Assembly: GCA_947588685.1 (NCBI GenBank)
Contig: CANPYM010000005.1
Coordinates: forward strand, 298 to 64,297
DNA from: an uncultured Bacilli bacterium
GTDB taxonomy: Bacteria > Bacillota_I > Bacilli_A > RF39 > UBA660
Direction: 5' to 3'
DNA: 64,000 nt
How positions within the stretch are numbered: position 1 is the stretch's first letter; each line of letters starts with the position of its first letter. A program made the translations under genes and the position numbers. The notes under the pieces are model-generated. The model was not told the origin of the DNA and ran no database searches. It saw nothing but the letters and a program-made list of their open reading frames with translations. Shown one piece after another: positions 1 through 10,677 of this stretch.

Positions 1-432
1 ACAATATATCGTCAGACGATGTTTGCTGAATTTGAAATGCTTATGCATGATAAATATCGTGATACCGGCGCTCTTACAGCTGATGATTTTAGTTCAACTT
101 ATTATGATTTGAATAAACTATATTATGGCGATGGCGTTGTTAGTGATGATGATATTCGTTATGAATGGTCAAGAATTCCCCATTTCTATTCCGCATTCTA
201 TGTTTATAAATATGCGACAGGTTTATCTAGTGCTCTAGCGATTGCGGGAGAAATATTAAAAGGTAATACCGAAGTTCGTGATGCTTACTTAGAATTATTA
301 GCGAGTGGTGGCGCTGATTACCCATTAGAGTTATTAAAGAAAGTGGGCGTTGATATGACTAGTAGTGAGCCTATCTTAAGAGCCCTTACGATGTTTAAAG
401 ATAAATTAGACGAATTAAAACAATTGATTTAG
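1..432 (+). CDS. pepF: oligoendopeptidase F (M3B family), C-terminal fragment running off the window start
   Basis: The frame is open from nt 1 (TIYRQT precedes the first Met). The C-terminal pattern FAEFE..H, IPHFY..FYVYKYATG is typical of PepF-type peptidases. Recognised from memory. Confidence 0.7.
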   Translation, partial: TIYRQTMFAEFEMLMHDKYRDTGALTADDFSSTYYDLNKLYYGDGVVSDDDIRYEWSRIPHFYSAFYVYKYATGLSSALAIAGEILKGNTEVRDAYLELLASGGADYPLELLKKVGVDMTSSEPILRALTMFKDKLDELKQLI

Positions 433-444
433 AGGTGAAGCAGT

Positions 445-1575
445 ATGGAAAAAAGAGATTATTATGAAGTATTAGGTGTATCTAAAGATGCTGATGATAA
501 AGCTATTAAAAGTGCTTTTCGTAAATTAGCTAAGCAGTATCACCCCGATGTTAATAAAGCGCCTGATGCGGCCGAAAAGTTTAAAGAAGCCCAAGAAGCT
601 TATGCTGTTTTGAGTGATCCAGATAAACGTCGTCAATATGATCAATTTGGTCATGCCGCTTTTGATAGTATGAATGGTGGCGCTGGATATGATTTTTCTG
701 ATTTTGACTTTAGTGATATCTTTAGTGAAATCTTTGGCAGTGGTTTTGGCTTTGGTTCTTCGCCATTCGGAGGGTCATATTCAAGCCGTGGAGGCTCACG
801 TCGCCGTAAAGGTGCCGATAAATTAATGCGCGTTAATTTAACTTTCGAAGAAGCTGCTTTTGGTACTAAAAAGACGATTACCATACCAGTTGCGCATGAT
901 TGCCCTAGTTGTGATGGCGAGGGTGGACATGGCAAGAAGACTTGTCCAACGTGTCATGGTAGTGGTGTGATGACGACAGAACAACGTACGATGTTTGGAA
1001 CCTTTGCCTCTCGTACGACTTGTTCAAGATGTGATGGTAAAGGTTCTATCTATAGCGAGGTTTGCGGTAAATGTCGTGGTAAAGGAACGATTACGAAGGA
1101 TACTGATATCGAAGTTAAAGTGCCAGCTGGGGTTGATGATGGTAACCAACTTCGGGTTCCTGGTAAGGGTGAAGCCGGTAGTAATGGTGGACCTAATGGC
1201 GACTTATATTTAGAGTTCTACGTTAAAAAGCATGAATTATTTATGCGCGATGGCGATGATATCTATCTTGAAATACCAATTACACTTACCGAAGCTGTCT
1301 TAGGATGCAAAAAAGATGTACCAACTTTATATGGTAATGTTAAATTAACAATTCCCGAAGGTAGTGAAAGTGGTGATAAACACCGCCTAAAAGGCAAGGG
1401 TATTGAAAATGTCCGGAGCGGTATTAAAGGTAACATGTATGTTATCTTAAGGATTGTTGTTCCTAAAAAATTATCTCGTGATCAAAAGAAATTGTTTGAG
1501 CAATTATCTGAGACAGATTTAGAAAGTGGTAGTGAATTTAAAAAATTAAAAGACTATGTTAAGAAAAATGCATAG
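445..1575 (+). CDS. dnaJ: chaperone DnaJ
   Basis: J-domain with HPD motif (YHPDVNK), a G/F-rich linker, and four CxxCxGxG zinc-finger repeats ([32 protein letters not shown]). RBS gaggtgaag upstream. Confidence 0.95.
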   Translation: MEKRDYYEVLGVSKDADDKAIKSAFRKLAKQYHPDVNKAPDAAEKFKEAQEAYAVLSDPDKRRQYDQFGHAAFDSMNGGAGYDFSDFDFSDIFSEIFGSGFGFGSSPFGGSYSSRGGSRRRKGADKLMRVNLTFEEAAFGTKKTITIPVAHDCPSCDGEGGHGKKTCPTCHGSGVMTTEQRTMFGTFASRTTCSRCDGKGSIYSEVCGKCRGKGTITKDTDIEVKVPAGVDDGNQLRVPGKGEAGSNGGPNGDLYLEFYVKKHELFMRDGDDIYLEIPITLTEAVLGCKKDVPTLYGNVKLTIPEGSESGDKHRLKGKGIENVRSGIKGNMYVILRIVVPKKLSRDQKKLFEQLSETDLESGSEFKKLKDYVKKNA

Positions 1576-1708
1576 TCTTTTCTTTATAATATAAGCAAAA
1601 ACCTAGAAAAAATAAGAAAAAAATCCAAAAAGATATTGCTTTTATATTTTAGATATGGTACCATTAAAATGTAAGCAAGATAGCTTGCAATTATAGGAGG
1701 TAAACAAA

Positions 1709-1981
1709 ATGACAAAACAAGATTTAGTTAACCATATTGCAGAAGAAACTGGTTTAACGAAAGCTGATGCTACTCGCGCATTAGATGCTATGATGAGCGG
1801 AGTTATCAAAGGCTTAAAGAAAGAAAAGAAAGTTGCTTTAACAGGTTTCGCTACTTTCACAGCTAAGAAGAAAGAAGCTAAAAAAGGACGTAACCCAAGA
1901 ACTGGTGAAGTTGTAAATATTCCTGCTAGAGTAGCTGTTACAGTTAAAGCTGGATCTAAATTAAAAGACGCATTAAATTAA
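1709..1981 (+). CDS. hup: DNA-binding protein HU
   Basis: 90 aa. Classic HU signature GFATF....GRNPRTGE..I.....V.K.G..LK. Strong RBS taggaggt. Confidence 0.92.
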   Translation: MTKQDLVNHIAEETGLTKADATRALDAMMSGVIKGLKKEKKVALTGFATFTAKKKEAKKGRNPRTGEVVNIPARVAVTVKAGSKLKDALN

Positions 1982-1997
1982 TTTTAATGCTTTTTTT
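1970..1997 (+). terminator. intrinsic terminator after hup
   Basis: Hairpin gcattaaa/tttaatgc overlapping the stop codon, followed by a T7 run. Confidence 0.7.
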
Positions 1998-2065
1998 ATT
2001 ATTAAAGTATACAAAACGTTACTTTTATGCTATAATTCTATTAGAGTAGCCAAGGAGTGATTAGA

Positions 2066-4252
2066 ATGGATTTATGGTTAGAAAGTGAAATAGTAGAAGT
2101 AGAAGGTAAAAAGTATTTAAATGACGTTGCAACAGAACGTTTTTTGAAATTTTATCCAGACTATAAATTAGAAGGTGACGATAAACTTGTTTTATTAACA
2201 GAAGCGCAGAAGACGATGCGTAAAGATAAAGCTAGTAAGATTTTACCTTCATATAAAGCTGATACAGAAGAAGACGTTTATGGTGTGTTAATATATGATG
2301 TTTCTGGCATACTAGCTTTAGGTGGTGAACGTATTAGCGCATCTGAACTATTAGACTATGGTGACATTTTAACAGAAGCAAATTTTGGACATAAAATGGA
2401 TCGTGAGGCTTTCGATGCTTATTTTAAAAGAAATAGAGTTGTAACTTTAAGCCATAATATAGAAGATTTAATATCTAAAGCTGATAGTTTAGATACTTTA
2501 TTTGTTTATCTTACGAAACATACGAGAGCGCTTACAGCAAAAAAATATGACAAAGAAAAAATTTGTGATGCTGTTGTTGATTATATCCATGGTAAAGGCT
2601 ATGATTTAGCTAGTGGTGATCAAGCTAAAGAACTTGCCGATTTCATTTCTAAGATGGTTGGAGCTGAAGATCCACTAGGTATCGTTGCTAGCCTAACTGA
2701 TGGCAGTGAATTGACACCTAATGAAATTTTTGAAGGATTAAATAATGGTAAATCATTATTAGAACTAATTGATCCTAAAGCTTATGAAGAATATCAAGCT
2801 AAAGAAGAGGCTAAAAAGTTAGCTGAAGAATTAAGTGGTTTATCAGCTGCTGAAATAACGGAACGAATTATTAAGCAAGATAAGGATTTAATTATTAGTA
2901 ACCTTGATAAATTTTTTGATGTTTTGCCAGAAGATAAATGGAATGAGGTTGAAGAATATTTAATAGATTTCGTTGCTACAGTCTTTAAACGAGTTTCTTT
3001 GGATCCTAAAAATGAAGCTGATTTAAATAAAATAGGTACTATTTTAGCTACTATTTGCAAATTCCAAGAAGATACTAAATCACAATTGTTTGGTAAAATT
3101 GCTGAAAGATTAGGAATAAGTTTTGATAGCTTACGTGATATAACATCAGCTTATGCTTTTGGAATTGGTTATAAAGGTGTGTTAGGAAATCTTCAAGGTT
3201 ATATTGCCGGTAATTTACTTCCTAAAGGTGATTATAAAGAGATTATTAATATTTTAAATCTATACGAAACAAGTGAATCTGCTTTGTTTAATGATGATTT
3301 CTACCATCAAATTGATATGTCACCAGCAATGTTTAAAGTTAAATTAACGATTGCTAAATTAAATGGTGAACTTCCAATGTCAGAAAAAGAGTTAGAAGAT
3401 TTATTAATTGCTCTTCAACATTGTAACAGCAAAAAAGATGTTGAAAATGTTACTAAAAATCTTGAACTTAACGATTTGTTGGTGCTATTACAATATCTAG
3501 ATCAAAATGCACCTTATTATAAATATTATGTTCAAGTATTAGGTACAGTTAAGGTTAAACGTGATCCTGAGGTTGAAGCAATATTAGATGAAGCAAGAGG
3601 TTTAGACGATACTTCAACACCTGAAAGAACCGAGGAGCCTCCTAAAGAAGAAGTTGCGCCGGTAAGACCTGCTACTGAACCAGTAGACATTGATGAACTT
3701 TTTGATGATGACGAAGAAATTTTAGGAGAAGAAGCCGAAGACGTTTTAGATGATACTGACACAGATGAAGATACTAAAGCAGATAGCCATAGTGCTGGGG
3801 AACTTAGAGTTACTAGACGTCGTAAACCTAAAACAGCTTCTGATAAGAAAAAAGTTGTTTATGCTGTGGTTGCTGGTGTTGGTATTGTGTCATCATTATT
3901 TATGACAACTGTATTGCATCAAAATCCAATAACCATTATTAAAGAATGTGCTTCTACGTTTGGTCGTTTATTACATAGTAATGCGACATTAGGTGAGTTA
4001 GCTGCCAAACTAGGAAATTTAACTGCTTATTTTGGCTCTATAGTAGCTGGATTAGTCGGTGCTAATAAGTTAGGTAATGCTTATGTTAAGGAAGAATCAA
4101 AATCATCTAGTGATGCGAAAAAAACAGAAAGAATAGTTGATGATGAAGGTCTATTTGATCTTGATGACGATGAAGATGAAGATATATTCGATCTTGATGA
4201 AGAAGAAGAGGAAGAAACTCATGAAAAACATTCTTCACGAGGAAGACGATAA
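2066..4252 (+). CDS. hypothetical large acidic protein with C-terminal hydrophobic segments
   Basis: Long ORF. The ATG at 2066 follows RBS aaggag. Poly-D/E tracts (DDDEEILGEEAEDVLDDTDTDED; DLDDDEDEDIFDLDEEEEEE) bracket hydrophobic stretches (VVYAVVAGVGIVSSLFMTTVL; AYFGSIVAGLVGA). No family recognised. Confidence 0.7.
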   Translation: MDLWLESEIVEVEGKKYLNDVATERFLKFYPDYKLEGDDKLVLLTEAQKTMRKDKASKILPSYKADTEEDVYGVLIYDVSGILALGGERISASELLDYGDILTEANFGHKMDREAFDAYFKRNRVVTLSHNIEDLISKADSLDTLFVYLTKHTRALTAKKYDKEKICDAVVDYIHGKGYDLASGDQAKELADFISKMVGAEDPLGIVASLTDGSELTPNEIFEGLNNGKSLLELIDPKAYEEYQAKEEAKKLAEELSGLSAAEITERIIKQDKDLIISNLDKFFDVLPEDKWNEVEEYLIDFVATVFKRVSLDPKNEADLNKIGTILATICKFQEDTKSQLFGKIAERLGISFDSLRDITSAYAFGIGYKGVLGNLQGYIAGNLLPKGDYKEIINILNLYETSESALFNDDFYHQIDMSPAMFKVKLTIAKLNGELPMSEKELEDLLIALQHCNSKKDVENVTKNLELNDLLVLLQYLDQNAPYYKYYVQVLGTVKVKRDPEVEAILDEARGLDDTSTPERTEEPPKEEVAPVRPATEPVDIDELFDDDEEILGEEAEDVLDDTDTDEDTKADSHSAGELRVTRRRKPKTASDKKKVVYAVVAGVGIVSSLFMTTVLHQNPITIIKECASTFGRLLHSNATLGELAAKLGNLTAYFGSIVAGLVGANKLGNAYVKEESKSSSDAKKTERIVDDEGLFDLDDDEDEDIFDLDEEEEEETHEKHSSRGRR

Positions 4253-4271
4253 TTAGAAGGGGTGGCTTGCG

Positions 4272-4523
4272 ATGTTAGAACAAGGAGAAATTTTAAATCT
4301 ATCTAATAGTAAAGAATATGTAGTAGTATCATCTGTTAATTATGAAGGTGAGAACTATGTTTATCTACTAGATACAGAGACTTATAAAGATTATCGGTTA
4401 TGTCATTATCAAGATGATGTTTTAAAAGAGGTAGAAGATCCTGAATTATTTAAAACTTTAATTACAAAGTTCAATGCCGATTTAAAAGAGCATTTAACCG
4501 ATATCATCAGTGCAAATCAATAA
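4272..4523 (+). CDS. small hypothetical protein (83 aa)
   Basis: ORF with RBS gaaggggtgg and codon usage like its neighbours. No motif recognised. Confidence 0.55.
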   Translation: MLEQGEILNLSNSKEYVVVSSVNYEGENYVYLLDTETYKDYRLCHYQDDVLKEVEDPELFKTLITKFNADLKEHLTDIISANQ

Positions 4524-4565
4524 AAAAATATGGATAACATATTTTTTTTGTATTATGGAGGAAAA

Positions 4566-5621
4566 ATGCAATTAAAAGTAAAAGAAATAATGAAGCGCAT
4601 CCAAGAAAATGGCTATGAATGCTATATCGTTGGCGGTTATGTTAGAGATTACTTGCTAGGAATTGATAGTAATGATTATGATTTATGTACCAATGCTCAT
4701 CCTGATGTATTAAAAGAATTGTTTTCAACTTATAAACTTCTTCAACATTATGGGACAATTACACTTTTATTTAATACATTTAAAGTTGAAATAACGACTT
4801 ACAGAAAAGAACTTAAGTATCATAAACGCAAGCCTATTCAATATCTTTTTATAGATAGTTTAAAAGAAGATCTTTATCGCCGAGATTTTACCATTAATAC
4901 CATTTGTATGGACAAAGAGGGAAAGATTATTGACCTTTTGAATGGAAGACGAGACTTAGATAATAAAATCATTAGGTGTGTTGGTGATGTAGATAATAAG
5001 CTAAGGGAAGATCCTTTGCGTATTTTAAGAGCGCTTCGGTTTAGTGCTTATCTTAATTTTAAACTTGATCCAGCATTAGAACGTGGTATTCAAAAATATA
5101 AACATCTGTTAAGAGAATTATCTTATGAACGTAAAAAGGAAGAGATAAGCTATTTGATTAAATGGAAGCGTTTAGATATACTAAATGCTTATAATTTAAG
5201 TGAAGAATTAGAACTAGAGTTAGATGATATAAAATATTATAATGATGACTTTCTTACATGGTATACCATCAACCCTAATTGGCGTTATTTATTCACCCAT
5301 TATGAAGTAAAAATAGCTCGTAGTTTAAGTGCCTTATTAGCTTCTTCTTTCTTGCCATATGATTTATATAATGCCGGTTTATATGTTACCTCACTCGCTA
5401 GTCAATTAATAGATACTAGGTTATTAGATCAGTATAACAAATTACCAATCAAAAAGCGTCAGGATATAAATATTACCGTTGTTGAACTAATAAAGCTTTA
5501 TCCTAGTCAAAAGGTAGGAAGACTATATCATTTACTAGAAGAAGCAATTTTAAATGGAACTTTACCTAATCAAAAAGATGCGATTATGTCTTATTTAGAA
5601 AATTTGAAGCATACCCTTTAA
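4566..5621 (+). CDS. cca: CCA-adding enzyme / tRNA nucleotidyltransferase (poly(A) polymerase family)
   Basis: Motif GGYVRDYLLG....DYDL and RRDFTINT. The start is moved to ATG 4566, behind RBS ggaggaaaa. Confidence 0.85.
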   Translation: MQLKVKEIMKRIQENGYECYIVGGYVRDYLLGIDSNDYDLCTNAHPDVLKELFSTYKLLQHYGTITLLFNTFKVEITTYRKELKYHKRKPIQYLFIDSLKEDLYRRDFTINTICMDKEGKIIDLLNGRRDLDNKIIRCVGDVDNKLREDPLRILRALRFSAYLNFKLDPALERGIQKYKHLLRELSYERKKEEISYLIKWKRLDILNAYNLSEELELELDDIKYYNDDFLTWYTINPNWRYLFTHYEVKIARSLSALLASSFLPYDLYNAGLYVTSLASQLIDTRLLDQYNKLPIKKRQDINITVVELIKLYPSQKVGRLYHLLEEAILNGTLPNQKDAIMSYLENLKHTL

Positions 5622-5631
5622 TGGGTGAAGT

Positions 5632-6216
5632 ATGCGCAAAATAGTTATCATTATTACGCTTTTACTATTTAATTTTTGTATTGTTTATGCTAAAATAAAG
5701 GATAAGAATTTAGATAAGGTTGATATTAAACTAAAAGAAGATGAACTAGGTATCGCCGTTATTACTTTAGAAGGTAGTACCTCTTTAATCCTTAAGTATC
5801 AAGATAAATATATCTTTTATTTAGTTGATTATATAAATGATATTGACCTTGATACTAATATTAAAGTCTTTACGGATAACGTCTATAATAGTTATATGGC
5901 CAAGAATTATGCCTATGATGCGCAAATATTAAAAGAAAAAAGCATCGGTGATTTAACCTTAAAACCTGATCAAATAACATATAAAGACTATAATATTTGT
6001 TTAAATCATAGTCGTGATTGTGACATTGTTATCGCTTTATCTGATGATGTTTTGTTAACTAAAGATATCAATGCTATTTTATATCGGACCGATTTAGATG
6101 AAGGCTATCTTGACTATATTGATACCTTTTGGGTTGATAAATATCGTCTAACAAATCAAAACTATATTGTTATAACTTTAGGTGATGATTTTATTATTGA
6201 TAGTATTTCTAAATAA
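5632..6216 (+). CDS. hypothetical exported protein
   Basis: N-terminal hydrophobic signal-like segment (IVIIITLLLFNFCIVYA). No family recognised. Confidence 0.55.
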   Translation: MRKIVIIITLLLFNFCIVYAKIKDKNLDKVDIKLKEDELGIAVITLEGSTSLILKYQDKYIFYLVDYINDIDLDTNIKVFTDNVYNSYMAKNYAYDAQILKEKSIGDLTLKPDQITYKDYNICLNHSRDCDIVIALSDDVLLTKDINAILYRTDLDEGYLDYIDTFWVDKYRLTNQNYIVITLGDDFIIDSISK

Positions 6217-6248
6217 TAGCTAAAAATTATCCAATAGGTGGTGAGAAA

Positions 6249-6896
6249 ATGAATCAAATTGCTGAAATATTAAAAAGAGGAGACATCCATCTACCATATT
6301 TATTATTAACTAACTATAAAAAAATGAAACTGACAGAATTAGAATTAGTTGTGTTAATCTATCTTATGAATAATGAAAGTTCAACTTATAATCCTAAAGA
6401 CATTAGTAAAACTTTGGATTTGAAACTTAATGATGTCTTAGAAATTATCAATAATTTAACTGAAAAAGGTATTATAAGTGTTGATATTGTTAAGATTAAC
6501 AATCTTCGGACTGAAGTTATTAATCTTGATTTATTATATGAAAAATTAGCTTTTATGGCGATGGGTAAAAGTAGTCAAAGAAAAGATCAAAGCGATTTGT
6601 TTTCAAAGTTTGAAGAAGAGTTAGGGCGCGGATTAACCGGTATGGAATATGAAATTATTCAAGGCTGGTTAGAACTAGAATACACCGAAGAAATAATTTT
6701 ATGTGCATTAAAAGAAGCTGTCTATAATGGCGTATCAAATTTTCGCTATATTGATCGTATTTTACTTGAGTGGCATAAAAAGGGTATTAAAACAAAAGAT
6801 GATGTGGAGAAGAATCGAAAGGAGTTTAAAAGAGCCAAAAGTTCCAAAAAAGAACTTTTTGACTATGATTGGTTAAATGACAAATCAAATAGTTAG
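6249..6896 (+). CDS. dnaD: replication initiation / membrane attachment protein DnaD
   Basis: Winged-helix N-terminal region plus the DnaD/DnaB-type C-terminal repeat (...YEIIQGWLE....IILCALKEAV....NFRYIDRILLEWHKKGIKT). The dnaD-nth adjacency matches Bacillus subtilis. Confidence 0.8.
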   Translation: MNQIAEILKRGDIHLPYLLLTNYKKMKLTELELVVLIYLMNNESSTYNPKDISKTLDLKLNDVLEIINNLTEKGIISVDIVKINNLRTEVINLDLLYEKLAFMAMGKSSQRKDQSDLFSKFEEELGRGLTGMEYEIIQGWLELEYTEEIILCALKEAVYNGVSNFRYIDRILLEWHKKGIKTKDDVEKNRKEFKRAKSSKKELFDYDWLNDKSNS

Positions 6897-7515
6897 TTAT
6901 TTAGATGAACTTTTTCCTAATCCTCGCTGTGAATTAAATTATACCAAAGATTATGAACTTTTAATTGCGGTTATGTTAAGTGCGCAAACGACAGATAAAA
7001 GAGTTAATATGGTAACAGCTAATTTATTTCATCTTTATCCCACCATTGAAGATTTAGCTAATGCTAAATATGAAGATATTATCGATATTGTAAGACCCCT
7101 TGGTACTTTTCATCGTAAAGCGCAAAATGTCATTTTAATTGCGCAAGCACTTGTTAATGATTATGATGGTAAAGTTCCACATCAACGCGAATATTTAGAA
7201 TCCTTACCAGGGGTCGGAAGAAAAACAGTCAATGTCGTTTTTGCTAATTTATTTAATGACAATTGTATTGCAGTAGATACCCATGTCGCCCGGGTTAGTA
7301 AAAGATTAAAACTAGCTAAGGAAAATGATGATGTTCTTATAATTGAAAAAAAGTTGATGAAAAAGTTCCCACCCCAAAGTTTAGGTAGACTCCATCACCA
7401 ACTCGTTTTGTTCGGTCGTTATTATTGCAAGGCTACGCATCCATTATGTGAAGATTGTAAGCTAAAAGATCTTTGCAAAGTGGGTTGTAAAAATGAAAAA
7501 AAGCTTATAAAATAA
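6877..7515 (+). CDS. nth: endonuclease III
   Basis: HhH-GPD motif LPGVGRKTVNVV, catalytic DTHV, and a C-terminal 4Fe-4S ligand pattern C-x6-C-x2-C-x5-C (CKATHPLCEDCKLKDLC). Confidence 0.92.
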   Translation: MTNQIVSYLDELFPNPRCELNYTKDYELLIAVMLSAQTTDKRVNMVTANLFHLYPTIEDLANAKYEDIIDIVRPLGTFHRKAQNVILIAQALVNDYDGKVPHQREYLESLPGVGRKTVNVVFANLFNDNCIAVDTHVARVSKRLKLAKENDDVLIIEKKLMKKFPPQSLGRLHHQLVLFGRYYCKATHPLCEDCKLKDLCKVGCKNEKKLIK

Positions 7516-7534
7516 GGCTTAATAGGCTTAGAAG

Positions 7535-7564
7535 AAACACTAAAAAAATTTAGTGTTTTTTTTA
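7535..7564 (+). terminator. intrinsic terminator after nth
   Basis: Hairpin aacacta/tagtgtt with an A-rich loop, followed by a T-run of at least 8. Confidence 0.75.
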
Positions 7565-7574
7565 AACCTTTTTA

Positions 7575-7603
7575 TTTACAAAGGTATTAAATTGTACTAT
7601 AAT
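7575..7603 (+). promoter_or_regulatory. sigma-A type promoter for lon
   Basis: TTTACA (7575-7580), a 17-nt spacer, then TATAAT (7598-7603), about 30 nt upstream of the lon start. Confidence 0.6.
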
Positions 7604-7634
7604 AAAAACCAATATCTTAATTTGGAGGTGCATA

Positions 7635-9944
7635 ATGATTAATACCGAATTACCTGTCATCCTATTAAAGAAGTCTGTTTTGCTCCCCCATAATGAGTTA
7701 AGATTAGAACTTGATGATCAGAGTAAAAAGATAGCCACGGACGCTTCTTTAAAATATAATAATAAAGTTTTAGTTGTTACCCAGCTAGACCATTTAGAGG
7801 AAAGTACTGTCCTTGAAGATTTACCGATGACGGGGGTCATTGCCGTTTTAGAAAACAAAATTGAATTACCTAATGGCCATCTTCGTATCGCTTTAAATGG
7901 TTTAGCGCGGGCGATTGTCACGTCTTATGCCCAAGCTGGCAGTTACGTTTGCGCTATTTTAACGGAAATGGAACGGGTACCGGTTAAAGATGAAGTTAAT
8001 ATAGCTGTCGTTCGTAAATTAAAAAAAGAAATTGAACATTATATCAAAGTTGTACCATATATCAGCAATAGTGTTATCTCGCAAATTGATGATACTTATA
8101 GTTTAGATGTTTTAACGGATATGATTGTCAGTCAGTTACAGGTACCTGTTGATCGTAAGTTAGAATATGTTGAATGTCCTGATCCTTTAAGGCGGACTAA
8201 GATGGTATTAGAGGACATTTATAAAGATGAAGAATCATATCAAATTGAGTCACGTCTTGACTTTTTAGTTCAAGAAGAATTAGATAAAAATCAAAAAGAA
8301 TATATTTTAAAAGAAAAATTACAATTGATTAAAGCTGAACTAGGGGATGTCAGTTTAAAGGATTCGGAGATTTTTGAACTTCGAAAAAGAGTAGCTAAAT
8401 TAAATGCTAATCAAACGGTTAAAGATAAACTATCTTATGAAATTGATCGTTATGCAGCTTTACCTAATACGTCTTCTGAATTAGGTATGGTAAGAGAATA
8501 TATCGAATGTTTACTTTCCTTACCGTGGAATATTAAGACAGAAGAAAATGCCGATTTAAAATCAATTCGGGAACGTCTTGATAAGTCCCACTATGGTCTT
8601 TTAGATGTTAAAAATAGAATTATTGAATATTTGGCAGTTCGAACAATTAGTGACAAAGTTAAAAGTCCAATTATATGCTTAGTTGGCCCTCCTGGTGTCG
8701 GTAAGACAACGTTAGCTAAGAGTATCGCTGATAGTTTAAATCGTAAATTTGCTAAAATATCAGTTGGCGGAATGAGTGATGAAGCTGAGATTAGGGGTCA
8801 CCGTAGAACTTATGTTGGGGCTTATCCTGGTCGTATTATAACGAGTTTAAAGAATGCTCATAGTAGTAATCCGGTTATTCTAATTGATGAAGTTGATAAA
8901 ATGGAAAAGGGGACCCAAGGCGATCCTGCTAGTGCGCTTTTAGAGGTTTTAGATCGTTCGCAAAATGCTAATTTTCGTGATAACTATCTTGATATTGATT
9001 ATGATATATCTGATGTTATGTTTATTTTAACAGCTAATGATTTAGAAGCTATTCCTTATGTTTTACAAGATCGTTTAGAAATAATTAGATTATCTGAATA
9101 TACAGAATATGAAAAATGCGATATTGCTAAAAAGTATATCTTACCTCGCTTATGTGAAGAACATAATTTAGAAAGTATCATCTATGAAGATACTTTAATA
9201 ACGAATATTATTCGTAACTATACCAAAGAAGCCGGTGTCAGAGAGTTAGAAAGATGCCTAACTGCGGTTCTTCGTAAAATTATTACGAATATGGTTATGA
9301 CGAATGATTATCATACCCAAATTACTTTAGATAATAATGATATTGATAAATATTTAGGACGAATGAAGTTTAAACCGGTCGCTAGTAAATATGAACAAGT
9401 AGGCGTTGTCAGTGCTTTATCATATACACCATATGGTGGGGAGATTATGCCGATTGAAGTTAATTATTATGCGGGTAATGGCAATTTAACTTTAACTGGT
9501 TCTTTGGGTAATATAATGAAAGAAAGTGCGACGATTGCTTTAAGTTATATTAAATCAACCGCTAGTTACTTTGGGATTCATTTTAGCGATCTAGTTAATA
9601 ATGATATTCATATTCATTTACCAGCTGCTTCGATAAGTAAAGATGGTCCAAGTGCCGGTGTTACCTTAGCTACTTCAATTATTAGTGCTTTTAAAGGTAT
9701 TAAGTTTGCTAGTGATGTAGCTATGACAGGTGAAATTACTTTAAGAGGACACGTTTTAGCGGTCGGAGGAATCAAAGAAAAATGCATTGGCGCTATTAAA
9801 AATAATATTAAAAAAATTATTGTTCCATTAGATAATAAGGATGATGTTGAAGCTCTTCCTTCAGAAATTAAAGATAAAGTAGACTTTGTTTTTGTTGATG
9901 ATTATAAACAAATATATGATTATCTAATGATTACAAGTAGATAG
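7635..9944 (+). CDS. lon: ATP-dependent Lon protease (LonA type)
   Basis: N-terminal LON domain, Walker A GPPGVGKTT, Walker B ILIDEVDK, protease Ser motif DGPSAG and downstream GGIKEK lysine. Confidence 0.95.
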   Translation: MINTELPVILLKKSVLLPHNELRLELDDQSKKIATDASLKYNNKVLVVTQLDHLEESTVLEDLPMTGVIAVLENKIELPNGHLRIALNGLARAIVTSYAQAGSYVCAILTEMERVPVKDEVNIAVVRKLKKEIEHYIKVVPYISNSVISQIDDTYSLDVLTDMIVSQLQVPVDRKLEYVECPDPLRRTKMVLEDIYKDEESYQIESRLDFLVQEELDKNQKEYILKEKLQLIKAELGDVSLKDSEIFELRKRVAKLNANQTVKDKLSYEIDRYAALPNTSSELGMVREYIECLLSLPWNIKTEENADLKSIRERLDKSHYGLLDVKNRIIEYLAVRTISDKVKSPIICLVGPPGVGKTTLAKSIADSLNRKFAKISVGGMSDEAEIRGHRRTYVGAYPGRIITSLKNAHSSNPVILIDEVDKMEKGTQGDPASALLEVLDRSQNANFRDNYLDIDYDISDVMFILTANDLEAIPYVLQDRLEIIRLSEYTEYEKCDIAKKYILPRLCEEHNLESIIYEDTLITNIIRNYTKEAGVRELERCLTAVLRKIITNMVMTNDYHTQITLDNNDIDKYLGRMKFKPVASKYEQVGVVSALSYTPYGGEIMPIEVNYYAGNGNLTLTGSLGNIMKESATIALSYIKSTASYFGIHFSDLVNNDIHIHLPAASISKDGPSAGVTLATSIISAFKGIKFASDVAMTGEITLRGHVLAVGGIKEKCIGAIKNNIKKIIVPLDNKDDVEALPSEIKDKVDFVFVDDYKQIYDYLMITSR

Positions 9945-9951
9945 GAGATTT

Positions 9952-10674
9952 ATGTTAGAAGAAAATGATGATACAACCCAATATTTTTATGCTAAAGCTT
10001 TGCTGACCTTATTATTTACTGATGAGTTTTCAATGGAACTAGAAAGAATTAAAGGCTTTATGCCGATTGATAGTATTGATACCATTCATGCTTTAAAAAA
10101 TATGGTTGAAACATATCAAGATGTCTTTGATGATCAAATGAAAAAAAATGTTTTAACTTTTATTCAATATTTAAGATTTGATTATGCCGAACGTCATCCT
10201 GACGAAAAAGAGGAAATTTATAATACGGCTAATGAAATTATTACAATATTAAATAATTGTAGTGGTAAAGCTATTCCACAATTTGTTTTATCGCAAACGC
10301 GCCATCGTCACTACGGCTTATCAACGACTTTAGGTACGATTTTGGTGGCTAGAGATATGTTTAAATGTATTAAGTTTGCCAATGTTGTTGATTTTAATAT
10401 TTTAGTTACTCATTCCATTATTGTCGATGATGAACAATTTGAGGAAGAATCTGATATTTTTTCAGATGTTGATATTGATTATACGACTAATTTAAGAGCT
10501 ATTTTGTTTGAGTGCCCAGAACTTATGGATGACAAACTTTTCATTAAAAGGGCTAAAAAAGTCCTTGATAAATTAGGAGAAAAAATACATCAGTCCGATC
10601 CTAAAGAAGTAGTACATTTTGGTGATGTTAAAAGAAACTATCAATATTGTATCCGTCATGTTAATAATAATTAA
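9952..10674 (+). CDS. hypothetical protein (240 aa)
   Basis: ORF 8 nt after lon, with RBS taggag. No family recognised. Confidence 0.55.
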   Translation: MLEENDDTTQYFYAKALLTLLFTDEFSMELERIKGFMPIDSIDTIHALKNMVETYQDVFDDQMKKNVLTFIQYLRFDYAERHPDEKEEIYNTANEIITILNNCSGKAIPQFVLSQTRHRHYGLSTTLGTILVARDMFKCIKFANVVDFNILVTHSIIVDDEQFEEESDIFSDVDIDYTTNLRAILFECPELMDDKLFIKRAKKVLDKLGEKIHQSDPKEVVHFGDVKRNYQYCIRHVNNN

Positions 10675-10677
10675 TAT

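Noticed and set aside
651-1213. ORFs at 651-935 (-) and 995-1213 (+) inside dnaJ.
   Set aside because: They are fully embedded in a gene with unambiguous DnaJ motifs. They are low-complexity shadow frames with no RBS.
445-1575. dnaJ lacking the hrcA-grpE-dnaK context or a CIRCE element as an anomaly.
   Set aside because: Only 12 nt separate it from pepF, so it is probably co-transcribed. dnaK may simply lie elsewhere, and split chaperone operons are common.
2794-3762. Antisense ORFs at 2794-3060 and 3532-3762, Ser/Lys-rich.
   Set aside because: They mirror the acidic and Leu/Glu-rich coding strand. The composition is typical of antisense artefacts.
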